DNA of 64,000 nt from Candidatus Krumholzibacteriota bacterium (GTDB lineage: Bacteria; Krumholzibacteriota; Krumholzibacteriia; Krumholzibacteriales; Krumholzibacteriaceae): positions 7,772 through 71,771 of the forward strand of contig JAFGBF010000008.1 in the NCBI GenBank assembly GCA_016933255.1, read 5' to 3'. The translations under genes were made by a program, and so were the position numbers. How positions within the stretch are numbered: position 1 is the stretch's first letter; each line of letters opens with the position of its first letter. Under the pieces are notes generated by a model. The model saw nothing but the letters and a program-made list of their open reading frames with translations, did no database searches and was not told the DNA's origin. Positions 30,088 through 39,899 of this stretch are shown in pieces.

Positions 30088-30137
30088 TCCGGGTCGGACC
30101 CTGTACTGCAGCCGCAGGGGAAGGCCCGGATTTTTTT
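30088..30137 (+). terminator. Candidate intrinsic terminator after the small secreted protein gene
   Basis: TCCGGGTC...GGCCCGGA outer stem enclosing a CTGCagccGCAG sub-hairpin, followed by 7 T. Confidence 0.45.
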
Positions 30138-30283
30138 ATCTTCAGATTTCTGCTTTTTTGTTGCCGATTCCCGGCGAAACTGATTGAAAATATCAGGTAA
30201 AGTTGATATATTAAGCCGAGTTTTGTTCCGCTGTTATTGAGTGTTTTTTAATGTGTTGCAGTTATATAAATTAAGATTGCGAG

Positions 30284-31606
30284 GTGGCTATGAGCAGAGT
30301 GAAGATCGAAGCAGGAAAAGTACACGATTCTCTCAGCAGGAGTATGCTCGTCGATGGGTATCCTTTTGTTCTTGATCTCGAGAAGAGTCATGGTACGTGG
30401 CTGTATGACGCCGTGACCGGGAAAGAGTATCTCGATTTCTTTACATTTTTCGCATCCAGTGCCCTGGGGTACAACCATCCCGCGCTCACCAGCGATGAGT
30501 TTATTAGAAAACTTGGCGTTACAGCGGTAAACAAGGTCTCAAACTCCGATCTCTATACAAAAGAGATGGCTGAGTTCGTTGCCACTTTTCACCGGATAGC
30601 GGTTCCCGATTATCTTCCGAATCTTTTTTTTATAAGCGGTGGAGCTCTTGCCGTGGAGAATGGACTCAAAGCTGCTTTTGACTGGAAGGTCAGAAAGAAT
30701 TTTGAAAAAGGGATCAAGGAAGAAAAGGGCCACAAGGTCATTCATTTCCGCGAAGCGTTCCATGGGCGGACCGGATATACCATGTCATTGACCAACACAG
30801 ATCCGACAAAGGTCAATTATTTCCCAAAATTCGACTGGCCGAGGATCGAGAATCCGAAGGTGACGTTCCCGATAGAGGATCACCTTGAAGAGATCGAAGC
30901 AGCCGAGAAACGGGCGGTTGCATCGATCGAAAAAGCGATCGCCGACAACCCAGACGATATCGCAGCGATCATAATCGAGCCGATCCAGGGTGAGGGAGGG
31001 GATAACCATTTCCGAAAGGAATTTTTCCACGAACTCAGAAGGATCGCAGATCAGAATGAGATAATACTCATCTTCGATGAGGTCCAGACCGGCGCGGGAA
31101 TGACAGGGAAGATGTGGGCGCATCAGAATTATGATGTAAAACCCGATATCATCTGTTTCGGCAAGAAGACCCAGGTCTGCGGAATTGCCGCTAGCAACCG
31201 TCTGAATGAAGTCGACTCGGTATTCAAGGTGTCCAGCCGGATCAACTCGACCTGGGGCGGTAATCTCGTCGATATGCTGCGGGCTATGAAGATCTTCGAA
31301 GTTATAGAGGAAGAAGGCCTGGTCGAGAATGCCGCTAAGATGGGGAAGATCCTCCAGAAGCATCTTGGCAGGATGCAGGAGAAGTATCCTGAAAAGATAT
31401 CGAATGTAAGGGGACTCGGACTCTTCTGCGCCTTTGACTGTCCGGATGGTGAAAGCAGGAACAAGTTCGTAAACGATTGTATGGAGAAGGGTATGATCAT
31501 CCTTAAATGCGGAGTGAAGACGGTACGTTTCCGTCCTCCCCTGAATGTAAATGAAGAGGAACTGGCGAAGGCGGCCGAGATCCTCGATTTGACCCTCAAA
31601 GGGTGA
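30284..31606 (+). CDS. lat: L-lysine 6-(epsilon)-aminotransferase (class III PLP aminotransferase)
   Basis: Long collinear similarity to characterised Lat proteins: 'SMLVDGYPFVLDL..S.G..L.D..TG..YLD.FTF.ASSALG', 'GGALAVEN.LKAAFDWK', 'FDWPRI', 'EPIQGEGGD.HFR.EFF', 'FDEVQTG.G.TG', 'FGKKTQVCG', 'NSTWGGNL.DM' and 'TVRFRPPL'. Confidence 0.8.
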   Translation: MAMSRVKIEAGKVHDSLSRSMLVDGYPFVLDLEKSHGTWLYDAVTGKEYLDFFTFFASSALGYNHPALTSDEFIRKLGVTAVNKVSNSDLYTKEMAEFVATFHRIAVPDYLPNLFFISGGALAVENGLKAAFDWKVRKNFEKGIKEEKGHKVIHFREAFHGRTGYTMSLTNTDPTKVNYFPKFDWPRIENPKVTFPIEDHLEEIEAAEKRAVASIEKAIADNPDDIAAIIIEPIQGEGGDNHFRKEFFHELRRIADQNEIILIFDEVQTGAGMTGKMWAHQNYDVKPDIICFGKKTQVCGIAASNRLNEVDSVFKVSSRINSTWGGNLVDMLRAMKIFEVIEEEGLVENAAKMGKILQKHLGRMQEKYPEKISNVRGLGLFCAFDCPDGESRNKFVNDCMEKGMIILKCGVKTVRFRPPLNVNEEELAKAAEILDLTLKG

Positions 31607-31659
31607 TGTCGAACAGATACGGTCAAACTGGATGATCATCAGCCGGATGATAATATTAA

Positions 31660-31696
31660 AGCGGTCTTGCGTTTGATGCCAAGGCCGCTTTTTATT
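31660..31696. terminator. Bidirectional rho-independent terminator between convergent lat (+) and fmdB-like (-)
   Basis: 10-bp stem AGCGGTCTTG / CAAGGCCGCT (one GU pair), 10-nt loop, then TTTTTATTAT. An A-rich stretch on the 5' side gives a U-tract on the other strand. Confidence 0.75.
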
Positions 31697-31745
31697 ATAG
31701 GTGTCGATCGCGTTATCCTGCAGCAGCGGTGATGGGCCTCTATCA

Positions 31746-32024
31746 TCAGCTTTCTTTTGCTGCCTTTTTTCCCTTCTTCTCTTTCTTTTTTTCTACAGTC
31801 GGTGAATCCGATTTCTTTTCAGCCAGTTCTTTCTTTTTGTAATCCTCTTCCCTGTAATCAGTCTTGTAGAATCCCGAGCCTTTCAGAATATGACCGACCG
31901 GATATATGACCCTATAGACAGTTCCCCTGCATTTCGGGCATCGTTTTCGCGGCGGATCGGATATCTTCTGTTCCAGCTCGAATTCATGTTCGCATTTGTC
32001 ACACGCGTAGTGGTATGTCGGCAT
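31746..32024 (-). CDS. FmdB family zinc-ribbon protein
   Basis: 'MPTYHYACDKCEHEFE...CPKC' has the CxxC...CxxC arrangement with a 'KGSGFYKTDY' box. A K/E-rich tail follows. Confidence 0.7.
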   Translation of the reverse strand: MPTYHYACDKCEHEFELEQKISDPPRKRCPKCRGTVYRVIYPVGHILKGSGFYKTDYREEDYKKKELAEKKSDSPTVEKKKEKKGKKAAKES

Positions 32025-33522
32025 CTATCTGCTCCTTTTCCTTTTCAAGGATGATATTTTTGGTCGCGACTATTACTCCGAACAAAAGCCATACAAAATA
32101 GATATAGATATAGTTCCTGAGATATTCGATCTTGATCTGATCGAAAAGAAACATCACGAGCACGACATTCAGTACCTTGCTGAACGCGTCCGGAAAAGGG
32201 GATGACATTATTGAGGCTTTGAACCTTATCATCGATGCTTTCATCAGTCTGAACAGGAAGAAGAGAAAAGAGGACAGCCCGAGGATCCCCGTGATATTAA
32301 ATATAAAAAGATAAATGCTATGGGGATACAACGGGATATCCATTTCTTTTTTGTCGATATCCCAGAAAGGACCGTGTCCTATCAGGGGACTTTGCATACC
32401 TCTCTTGAAATATGTTGTCCAGGCGGGGGCCCGGTTTACCGGGATACCGCCTTCCAATCGTGTGGCAAAGACTCTTGTGAAGAGTGATCCTGACACGGTA
32501 TATCTCGACACGACCGACTCCAGGACTATGATCAGAGCTATGGCCGAAATGGTCAAAGAGACGAACTTTACGAAATTGAAATCTTTTCTGAAGATGAATG
32601 CCATATATGAATACCCGAAAAATAGGGTAAAGAAGGCTCCTCTCGTGATCGTAGTAAACATCATGGCAAGATCGAAAATAAGGATCGTTGTATATACTAT
32701 CTTCAAGGCCAGGCGTTTTTCTCTTATCAGCATGAAAAAGATAATCGGGATGTTGAGCGCAAAAAATTCGGCATTGAGTTCGAAATCATGAAAAACTCCC
32801 CCCATCCTCAGCCCTTTCATGACGAGGCGCGTCTTGTGGCTGGTATATAACCACATCGGTACAAGTGTACGTCCTGGGAAGAGCGTTTCGATCAATGTGA
32901 ATGTCATGGCCAGGGCCGCTGTAATTACCATCACCCTCGCCATGGTATGGAGTTTTTTTTCGCTATCGAGAAAGTTGATGACAAGATAGAAGAGGAGAAT
33001 AGCTCCTCCAATGTTAACCGTGTGGTAGGCTGCAGCCCTGTAAGCCTCGGCCGATGTTTCGAGGCCGTAAAAAGAGAGGAGATAAGATGCCATGATAAAG
33101 ATGATCGGCAGGTTGAAGGCCCTGTCGGAGCGAAAACGCTCGATCTTTGCCGAGACTCTGATCATAAATATCAGAAATATGATTACTGTCAGTACAAGAT
33201 TAGAGTTGCCGATGGCTATCCCGAAAGGGAATGGATACATGATCGCGATAAAGACAAGCGCGTTAAAGGCGGAGAAATTCCACAGTACATATACAAGGGC
33301 CATTCCCACGATAGCCTGGATCGTTCTTTTATTCGGTGCGAAAATCTGGCTCCCGGCAACGATCCCTATCACGATCATAAGAAACGCGTTCCTGACCGAA
33401 GGGAAAGACAAGGAGCTTGCCGCTCTTTTTACTTTCGATTCCTTTTTGCGCGAGATATCTTCAAATCTGTCCATAATAAGCGATCCAAGCAAGATTAATA
33501 CCCGGCGGGGACGTGCCCGCAC
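31999..33522 (-). CDS. O-antigen ligase / O-antigen polymerase-like membrane protein
   Basis: 507 aa, at least 10 TM, with a large periplasmic loop containing 'HSIYL..' (Wzy_C-like). The call is by topology and family resemblance only. Confidence 0.55.
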   Translation of the reverse strand: MRARPRRVLILLGSLIMDRFEDISRKKESKVKRAASSLSFPSVRNAFLMIVIGIVAGSQIFAPNKRTIQAIVGMALVYVLWNFSAFNALVFIAIMYPFPFGIAIGNSNLVLTVIIFLIFMIRVSAKIERFRSDRAFNLPIIFIMASYLLSFYGLETSAEAYRAAAYHTVNIGGAILLFYLVINFLDSEKKLHTMARVMVITAALAMTFTLIETLFPGRTLVPMWLYTSHKTRLVMKGLRMGGVFHDFELNAEFFALNIPIIFFMLIREKRLALKIVYTTILIFDLAMMFTTITRGAFFTLFFGYSYMAFIFRKDFNFVKFVSLTISAIALIIVLESVVSRYTVSGSLFTRVFATRLEGGIPVNRAPAWTTYFKRGMQSPLIGHGPFWDIDKKEMDIPLYPHSIYLFIFNITGILGLSSFLFFLFRLMKASMIRFKASIMSSPFPDAFSKVLNVVLVMFLFDQIKIEYLRNYIYIYFVWLLFGVIVATKNIILEKEKEQIDADIPLRV

Positions 33523-33545
33523 TATCAGAAAACTTCAATATCCCC

Positions 33546-34718
33546 CTATATCAATATTATCTCTTTTTGAGGATCTGAAAGAAACTGTCCGCCATCAGGG
33601 CGGACCACGATAATTTCTTCCATAGTCGCTACGCCATACCCCGGGATATTGATCCGGGGTTCTATCGTATATACCTGGTTTTCCTCGATTTTCAGGTACG
33701 GGAGGTTTCCGTATCGTTCCCATTCCGGGCAGAGAAGCCCCGCGCCATCGTGTGTAGCCTGTCCGACCTGGTGGCCGAGGGCGTGAGGAAATTCGTCGTA
33801 CCCTTTATCTGTAATATACTTTCTTGCGATAGTATCGACTTCTCGTCCCTCCATGCCAGGCCTTATCTTTGCTGCGGCAAGGGCGATCGAATCCCGTATC
33901 GTGTTGAAAGGTTCGATCACTTCTTCCGGAGCTTTGGTTTCTGAGTCCCGGAGAAAATACCAGGTTCGTTGAAGATCGGAACAGTACCTTTCACTCCTCG
34001 TCCCGAAATCAATATTGAGCACATGGCCTTTTTCGATCTTCCTGTCAGTAGGCCCGGCATGGGCACCGGCGGATTCAGGACCTGTGAATACAGACGGACA
34101 TTGTTCCTTTTCCCAAGAAGTCTCTACACCTTCTTTCGCGACCTGGTCGAGGATGAAGGCGGCGACTTCCTTCTCTGTCATACCCGGTTTCATGTATTCG
34201 GAGACCTTCGAGAAGATCATTTCAGTAAGATCGATGTTTTTTTTGATCCTGCGGATCTCTTCAGGACTTTTTCGGCCACGCAGTTTTGATATGATCCCCT
34301 CAGAACTGACAAGTCTGTCAGCATAGGGTGTTCCCTCGAGATATTTCATCAGGATCAGGTACATCCCATGGGTCAGCCCATCGGACATCAGATCGTTCTC
34401 AGAGTAATTTATCGCGATCCTTCCGGGAGAGAACCTGTCGAGCTGCCTGATGAGTGTCTCTCCGATACCCTGTTTATAACCGATGACCTCGTAGCCTTCA
34501 GTTTCCCTGATCCTGGTCTCGTCCAGACTTCCGACGATGGCGACTGTATCTTTCTCTGATGTAATGATGAAAGCCGATTGCCATGTGCAGTTTGCTCCCA
34601 GTATCAGATCGAGCACGGGATCGCGTATTACTTCGGTTTCCCTTGCGAATGTGAGCCAGAGGTCGATGTTTTCTTCCTTCATGATCGACGGAGCCTGGGA
34701 TATCTTTTCTCTTATCAT
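33546..34718 (-). CDS. M24 family Xaa-Pro aminopeptidase (creatinase N-domain plus pita-bread domain)
   Basis: 'HALGHQVGQATHDG' and 'GYGVATMEEIIVV' are M24 metal-site motifs. Confidence 0.8.
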   Translation of the reverse strand: MIREKISQAPSIMKEENIDLWLTFARETEVIRDPVLDLILGANCTWQSAFIITSEKDTVAIVGSLDETRIRETEGYEVIGYKQGIGETLIRQLDRFSPGRIAINYSENDLMSDGLTHGMYLILMKYLEGTPYADRLVSSEGIISKLRGRKSPEEIRRIKKNIDLTEMIFSKVSEYMKPGMTEKEVAAFILDQVAKEGVETSWEKEQCPSVFTGPESAGAHAGPTDRKIEKGHVLNIDFGTRSERYCSDLQRTWYFLRDSETKAPEEVIEPFNTIRDSIALAAAKIRPGMEGREVDTIARKYITDKGYDEFPHALGHQVGQATHDGAGLLCPEWERYGNLPYLKIEENQVYTIEPRINIPGYGVATMEEIIVVRPDGGQFLSDPQKEIILI

Positions 34719-34981
34719 CGGCTACTCCTTTTTTGTGCACAGGTTATTTTATCTTGACGCAATCATACTCTATGATTTCCAGCATTTCAATCGATTCTGC
34801 CGATAAGGTAAAAAAGCCTATGGAAATTAGCGATATAATGCGATAGAATGGCCCTCTGAGTCTCGAAAGAAGACAGAAAGTCTCTACGAAATGAAAAATA
34901 ATGTTCAATCTTGAACAAATCTTGCTACATTTCTTTCGAGTTCGTATCTGACAAATATATATAAAAGCGAAAGAGGGAAAA

Positions 34982-36241
34982 ATGGCGATCTTCGAGGTGG
35001 TTGGCGGAAAGAGGCTGAGCGGTGAGATCGAGCTCAGCGGGGCAAAGAATGCGGCTCTTCCGATATTGTTCGGTTCCCTGTTAAGCGATGGCGTGGTCGA
35101 TCTTCGAAATGTCCCTACCGGTATGGAAGACATCAAGGTAGCCATCCAGGTGATCCGGCGGCTCGGCGCAGATGTGAAGGTCAGCGGGAATTCGGTGACT
35201 ATCGACTCCTCTACGATCAAAGAACCGGTCATACCATACGAACTGGCTTCCAGGATCAGATACTCACTTCTTCTTCTTGGAGTTTTTCTCGCAAGGTTCG
35301 GGAAAGTTGAACTTCCATTTCCCGGAGGCTGCGATATCGGGACGCGAAAATTCGACCTGCATATCAAGGGCTTGAGAGATCTGGGGGCAGAAATCGAAGT
35401 CGGAAAAGATAGTATTACTGGAAGTGTCTCTTCTTTCAGGGGGGCTGATGTGGAATTTTATCTCCCGACGACTTCGGGCACGGAGAACGTGATGCTGGCC
35501 GCTTGCCTGGCGAGAGGCAAGACAAGTATCCGAAATGCCAATACACGCCCCGAGATCATGGACTTTGCTCATTTTCTGGAAGGTATGGGCGCCAGGATAA
35601 AGATGTCGAATCGACTGATAGAGATCAACGGTGTCAAGAATCTCAAAGGTACCAGCCACAGGATCATGAGCGGCGGTGACGAGGCGATGAGCTATATGCT
35701 GGCTGCGGGCATTACCGGGGGAGAGGTCATGATAAGGGACTATGACCTTTCATACCTTAGAGTAGATACGCAGTATCTGCGTGAAGCGGGACTCGAGGTG
35801 TTCGAATGGGGTGGATCAGTATATGTCTCAGGGCGAAAAGGCCTTCGTCCATTCCATATTTTTACGGCGCCGTACCCCGGGGTCAACTCCGACCTTCAGC
35901 CGCTGTTTGCGGCTCTTGCATTGGGGGCACCCGGAGAATCGACGATCACTGATCAGCGTTTTACGGACAGGTTCGACTATGTAGATCAGCTGAAGGCTTT
36001 TGGGGGGAATATTGACCATTATGGAAATTGCGCTGTCATCAGGGGCGGCAAAAAGCTTAAGGGAGCGAGCGTAAGGGCTACAGACCTCAGAGGCGGAGTC
36101 TCGGAGATACTTGCAGGGATGATTTCCGAGGGGAAGACGGTCATCGACAACATCTATCAGATCGACAGAGGTTATGAGAGGATCGAACGCAAGCTTTCGG
36201 CGCTCGGCGCGGATATCAAAAGGAAAAAACAGGCGAAATAG
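34982..36241 (+). CDS. murA: UDP-N-acetylglucosamine 1-carboxyvinyltransferase MurA
   Basis: 'GGKRLSGEIELSGAKNAALPIL' and the active-site Cys region 'PGGCDIGTRKFDLH'. Confidence 0.9.
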   Translation: MAIFEVVGGKRLSGEIELSGAKNAALPILFGSLLSDGVVDLRNVPTGMEDIKVAIQVIRRLGADVKVSGNSVTIDSSTIKEPVIPYELASRIRYSLLLLGVFLARFGKVELPFPGGCDIGTRKFDLHIKGLRDLGAEIEVGKDSITGSVSSFRGADVEFYLPTTSGTENVMLAACLARGKTSIRNANTRPEIMDFAHFLEGMGARIKMSNRLIEINGVKNLKGTSHRIMSGGDEAMSYMLAAGITGGEVMIRDYDLSYLRVDTQYLREAGLEVFEWGGSVYVSGRKGLRPFHIFTAPYPGVNSDLQPLFAALALGAPGESTITDQRFTDRFDYVDQLKAFGGNIDHYGNCAVIRGGKKLKGASVRATDLRGGVSEILAGMISEGKTVIDNIYQIDRGYERIERKLSALGADIKRKKQAK

Positions 36242-36297
36242 ACTGACAAGGAATCCGGGCAGGACCATGGACTTTTTTCATTCACTTTCCTGACAGT

Positions 36298-37278
36298 TCA
36301 GTCTCCGTGTTTCGGATCGTCGGTAAGCAGAAGTGAATCGATGACCGTGCTGGTCAACAACCTTCCTATTTTCATCTTTCCACACCAGACTTCGTTTATG
36401 ATCCGGTCTCCCGTAGCTATAGTAAAATGTATGGGGTCGTCGAAATTAGCCCGGTCGATCGTTATCTCGTTTACGAAATCGTAGTCGTAGACATTTACTC
36501 CGAGTTCGAAGAGATCTTTCCTGAAGCGGTTCATATCAGCGGTCAATCCGTAATCGGCTACACGGGCCTGCATCTCTATATGATGCGGTACGATAATAAA
36601 AGTGATTTCCGTTCCATTCTTTTTTGCATGTCTGACGACCCGTTTCATCTCGTCATAAAGGGTCTCGGGGTAACTGAATTTTCCGTAATGATCGTTTGCC
36701 TTGACCTGAATGTTCCAGTCCCAGAACTTTTCTCTGGTCATAGGGGGAGTTGTGGAGACAGCTGGCGAATTCTGAATATAAGCCTTGGTAACGAGCCAGC
36801 ATGTTTCAGCTACACTTCGATCAAATATATAGAATAGAGGGTTATTCAGGATTCCTTCGGCGCCTTTTACCCTGTCGGCATAGGCAAACTTGTTGAACAT
36901 ATTGAAATTCAGGATAAAAAACACCTTGTCCGGCTGTTTTATCCTGGAGGCGAACCAGTACAATTCAAAAGACTCGTTTAACTTGAGGGCATTCGAATTT
37001 AAGAGAAAATAGTCATCACCTGTGATTTTTTCTATTTGAGCAATCTTCAGATTGTAGCTTCTCGAATCACCAATGGTCAGATTGTCGCTGGGATCGTGCT
37101 TGTACTGGATCATATTGAACATCAATCGGTTGAGCGGCTTTGCATTTCTCAGCTTCACTCTGTCCGGAATCAGAGACGAGACGTTGAAGTAGTTGAAAGG
37201 GTCTATGACCATTACAATCCCTGCCCAGAGCAGGAAAGGGATCAAGAATATAGATGCTTTGATCAGAAATTTCTTCAT
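36298..37278 (-). CDS. Membrane-anchored SGNH-like acyltransferase partner (DltD/AlgJ/PatB-like)
   Basis: N-terminal TM anchor. A 'LTIGDSRSY' GDS(x) block I motif. It sits 10 nt downstream of the MBOAT gene on the same strand. Confidence 0.45.
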   Translation of the reverse strand: MKKFLIKASIFLIPFLLWAGIVMVIDPFNYFNVSSLIPDRVKLRNAKPLNRLMFNMIQYKHDPSDNLTIGDSRSYNLKIAQIEKITGDDYFLLNSNALKLNESFELYWFASRIKQPDKVFFILNFNMFNKFAYADRVKGAEGILNNPLFYIFDRSVAETCWLVTKAYIQNSPAVSTTPPMTREKFWDWNIQVKANDHYGKFSYPETLYDEMKRVVRHAKKNGTEITFIIVPHHIEMQARVADYGLTADMNRFRKDLFELGVNVYDYDFVNEITIDRANFDDPIHFTIATGDRIINEVWCGKMKIGRLLTSTVIDSLLLTDDPKHGD

Positions 37279-37287
37279 ATCGATCGC

Positions 37288-38757
37288 CTAGAACTGAAAA
37301 TAGATAAAGTTTTGTGCCTTGTTGTAAGGCGAAAAGAACAGGATTAATATTATTATCGCATAATAGATCGTCCATCTTACCAACAAAGGCCTTGCGTCCA
37401 CAAGTTTCCAGAAATCGTACCGTGTGTCGATTATATCGTATGCGAGAAGGACGCCTATGAAGACGAAACTCTGGACGAGGTCGACTGTTTTCAGACCCAT
37501 TCCTCTGAACGAGAGTCCTATCGCGCTGACATCGAGGTACTGTCCCGGGTCTGAGACCAGCGAGTTCATTAATATCCCTACGTCATGGAGTGAATTGGCC
37601 CGGAAAAGGACCCATGCAGCGCATACGAGGAAAAAGGTCCAGACCATAGCGATGCCCTTGAAAAAGGTCGCCCCGGTATTGATACTAAGCGCGCGGGCAA
37701 TCGAGCGCGCAGGCGGACCAAGTATGTTTTCGGTCACGAGAAAAAGGCCGTGAAGTGCTCCCCAGCATAGAAAAGTCCAGTTCGCGCCGTGCCACAATCC
37801 GCTCACGACGAAAGTAGCCATAAGGTTGTAATACCACTTTGGTCTTGATACCCTGTTTCCTCCGAGCGGGATGTAAAGGTAGTCCCTGAACCAGGTCGAA
37901 AGGGAGATATGCCACCTTTTCCAGAACTCCGATATTGATCTTGAGAAATAAGGCTGCCTGAAATTCTCCATCAACTCGAATCCCATGATCCGTGCCGAAC
38001 CGATGGCAATATCCGAATAACCTGAGAAATCACAGTAGATCTGGAATGCAAAGAAAAAAGTAGCGACAAGGACTGGGGTGCCGGGAAAGGCGGATGGTTC
38101 ATTATAGACGGAATTGACGAGGACGGCCAGACGGTCAGCGATGACGATTTTTTTAAAGAAGCCCCAGAGCATGAGTTTAAGTCCCGAAGTGGCCCTTGAA
38201 TAGCTGAACCCGTGTTTTTCGAAGAACTGCGGCAGGAGCCTGCCCGACCTTTCTATCGGTCCGGCCACGAGCTGAGGGAAAAAGGAGACGTAGACTGCGA
38301 AATATCCGAGATGTTTTTGTACGGGGGTTTCTCCCCTGTAGACGTCGATCGTGTAACTGAGTGTCTGAAAGGTATAGAAAGAGATCCCGACCGGCAGGAG
38401 TACGCGGAACGTTGGGACGGAATAGAGGATATTGAATCGGTCGAAAAGAATCCGGGCGTTATCGTTGAAAAAATTGAAATACTTGAAACCGAAGAGCAGA
38501 CCCAGGTTTACAAGGAGGCTGAGGACCAGATATGTCTTCCTGGTTTTTTCCTTTTCCGAACGGGACATTCCCATGGCAGTGAGATACGCAACGACTGTGG
38601 AGATCAGGATGAGAAAGATGTATTCCATCTTCCAGCACATGTAAAAATAATAGCTGGTGACAAGCAGCAGCGCCCATCTCCACCTGTGAGGAAGGAGGAA
38701 GTAGAGGCACACGACAACAGGAAAGAATACAAGAAAATGAATGGAATTAAAGAGCAT
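37288..38757 (-). CDS. MBOAT family membrane-bound O-acyltransferase (AlgI/DltB/PatA-like)
   Basis: 489 aa, polytopic. The conserved MBOAT His region 'VSGLWHGANWTF' and 'RWHISLSTWFRDYLYIPLGGNR' are present. Confidence 0.8.
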   Translation of the reverse strand: MLFNSIHFLVFFPVVVCLYFLLPHRWRWALLLVTSYYFYMCWKMEYIFLILISTVVAYLTAMGMSRSEKEKTRKTYLVLSLLVNLGLLFGFKYFNFFNDNARILFDRFNILYSVPTFRVLLPVGISFYTFQTLSYTIDVYRGETPVQKHLGYFAVYVSFFPQLVAGPIERSGRLLPQFFEKHGFSYSRATSGLKLMLWGFFKKIVIADRLAVLVNSVYNEPSAFPGTPVLVATFFFAFQIYCDFSGYSDIAIGSARIMGFELMENFRQPYFSRSISEFWKRWHISLSTWFRDYLYIPLGGNRVSRPKWYYNLMATFVVSGLWHGANWTFLCWGALHGLFLVTENILGPPARSIARALSINTGATFFKGIAMVWTFFLVCAAWVLFRANSLHDVGILMNSLVSDPGQYLDVSAIGLSFRGMGLKTVDLVQSFVFIGVLLAYDIIDTRYDFWKLVDARPLLVRWTIYYAIIILILFFSPYNKAQNFIYFQF

Positions 38758-38970
38758 ATAAGAATCCCAGCCTTAGAGCATATATTACACGATCCACCCT
38801 CTGGAGGGGGTGGACTACTAAAGATGATACCATATTGCGCCTGATCTGTCCAATAGTTGACATTACCACTTTTCCACAGATCCATATTCTTCCCTTGCAT
38901 TTATTCCCGATGGGTATAAATATGGGAAACGGTCAGGATAAGGAAATCCCGACTGAAAGCTGAAGGCGAT

Positions 38971-39891
38971 ATGGGCAAGAGAGTACCGAGGATAATCGAG
39001 AAGATCAAAGCTGCGACCGGTGCGTGCGTGATCCCCGGCTGTTCGCTGGCTGAATATACTACCTACAGGGTAGGGGGGGCTGCTGAGTATCTTGTAGATC
39101 CCGTCAATATGGAAGAAGCCTCCTGGATAATCCAGAATGCCTGGCGCGAAGGTATCCCCGTAACGATTCTGGGGGCCGGTTCGAATGTGATCGCTCCCGA
39201 CGAAGGGATAGAGGGGATAACATTGATCCTCAACGGCAGCAATGTTCCTCCCGTATTCTATGACAACGGTATATTACAGGTCGAAGCGGGGGTCAGCCTG
39301 ATCGAGCTGGCAAAGCTGGCCGCAATGGAGGGGTACTCGGGTTTTGAACCGATCGCCGGGATACCGGGAACGGTAGGCGGAGCGATCATGATGAATGCGG
39401 GGGGTAATGGAAATATTTCGGATATTCTTACAAAAGTCGAGGCGCTGACTTCTTCGGGGCGAAGGATCCAGCTGACTAACAGGGAGATGGCGTTCGGATA
39501 CCGGAAGAGTATTTTTCGAGGATCTGGATGGCTGATACTGAATGCGGAATTCAAGCTGGGCCGCGGAAAAAAAGAGCAGCTCATGAAAGATTTTGAAAGG
39601 ATAAATGAGGAGAGACGGATCCAATATCCGATGGACCTTCCAAGCGCGGGGAGCGTCTTCAAACGTCCGCCTGGCGACTATCCAGGGAGACTGATCGAGG
39701 AGGCTGGATGCAAGGGGATGAATGTGGGTGATGCGGTTGTAAGCAGCCGCCACGCGAATTTCATTCTTAACAGGGGCAGCGCTACTTCTGCGGATATTCT
39801 CGGCCTCGTCAGTGAAATAAGAAAGATGGTCTATAGCCGGTCCGGTGTTTACCTCGAACTTGAGCAGATACTACTCGCCAGCCGCCCCTGA
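38971..39891 (+). CDS. murB: UDP-N-acetylenolpyruvoylglucosamine reductase MurB
   Basis: FAD-binding 'TTYRVGGAAEYL', then 'ILGAGSNV' and 'AGGNGNISD'. Confidence 0.85.
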   Translation: MGKRVPRIIEKIKAATGACVIPGCSLAEYTTYRVGGAAEYLVDPVNMEEASWIIQNAWREGIPVTILGAGSNVIAPDEGIEGITLILNGSNVPPVFYDNGILQVEAGVSLIELAKLAAMEGYSGFEPIAGIPGTVGGAIMMNAGGNGNISDILTKVEALTSSGRRIQLTNREMAFGYRKSIFRGSGWLILNAEFKLGRGKKEQLMKDFERINEERRIQYPMDLPSAGSVFKRPPGDYPGRLIEEAGCKGMNVGDAVVSSRHANFILNRGSATSADILGLVSEIRKMVYSRSGVYLELEQILLASRP

Positions 39892-39899
39892 GCCGATAA

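Noticed and set aside
30138-30283. Possible lysine riboswitch (L-box) upstream of lat
   Set aside because: The leader is only about 146 nt after the upstream terminator and lacks the conserved L-box segments. The gene is also catabolic, and L-boxes normally control biosynthesis or transport.
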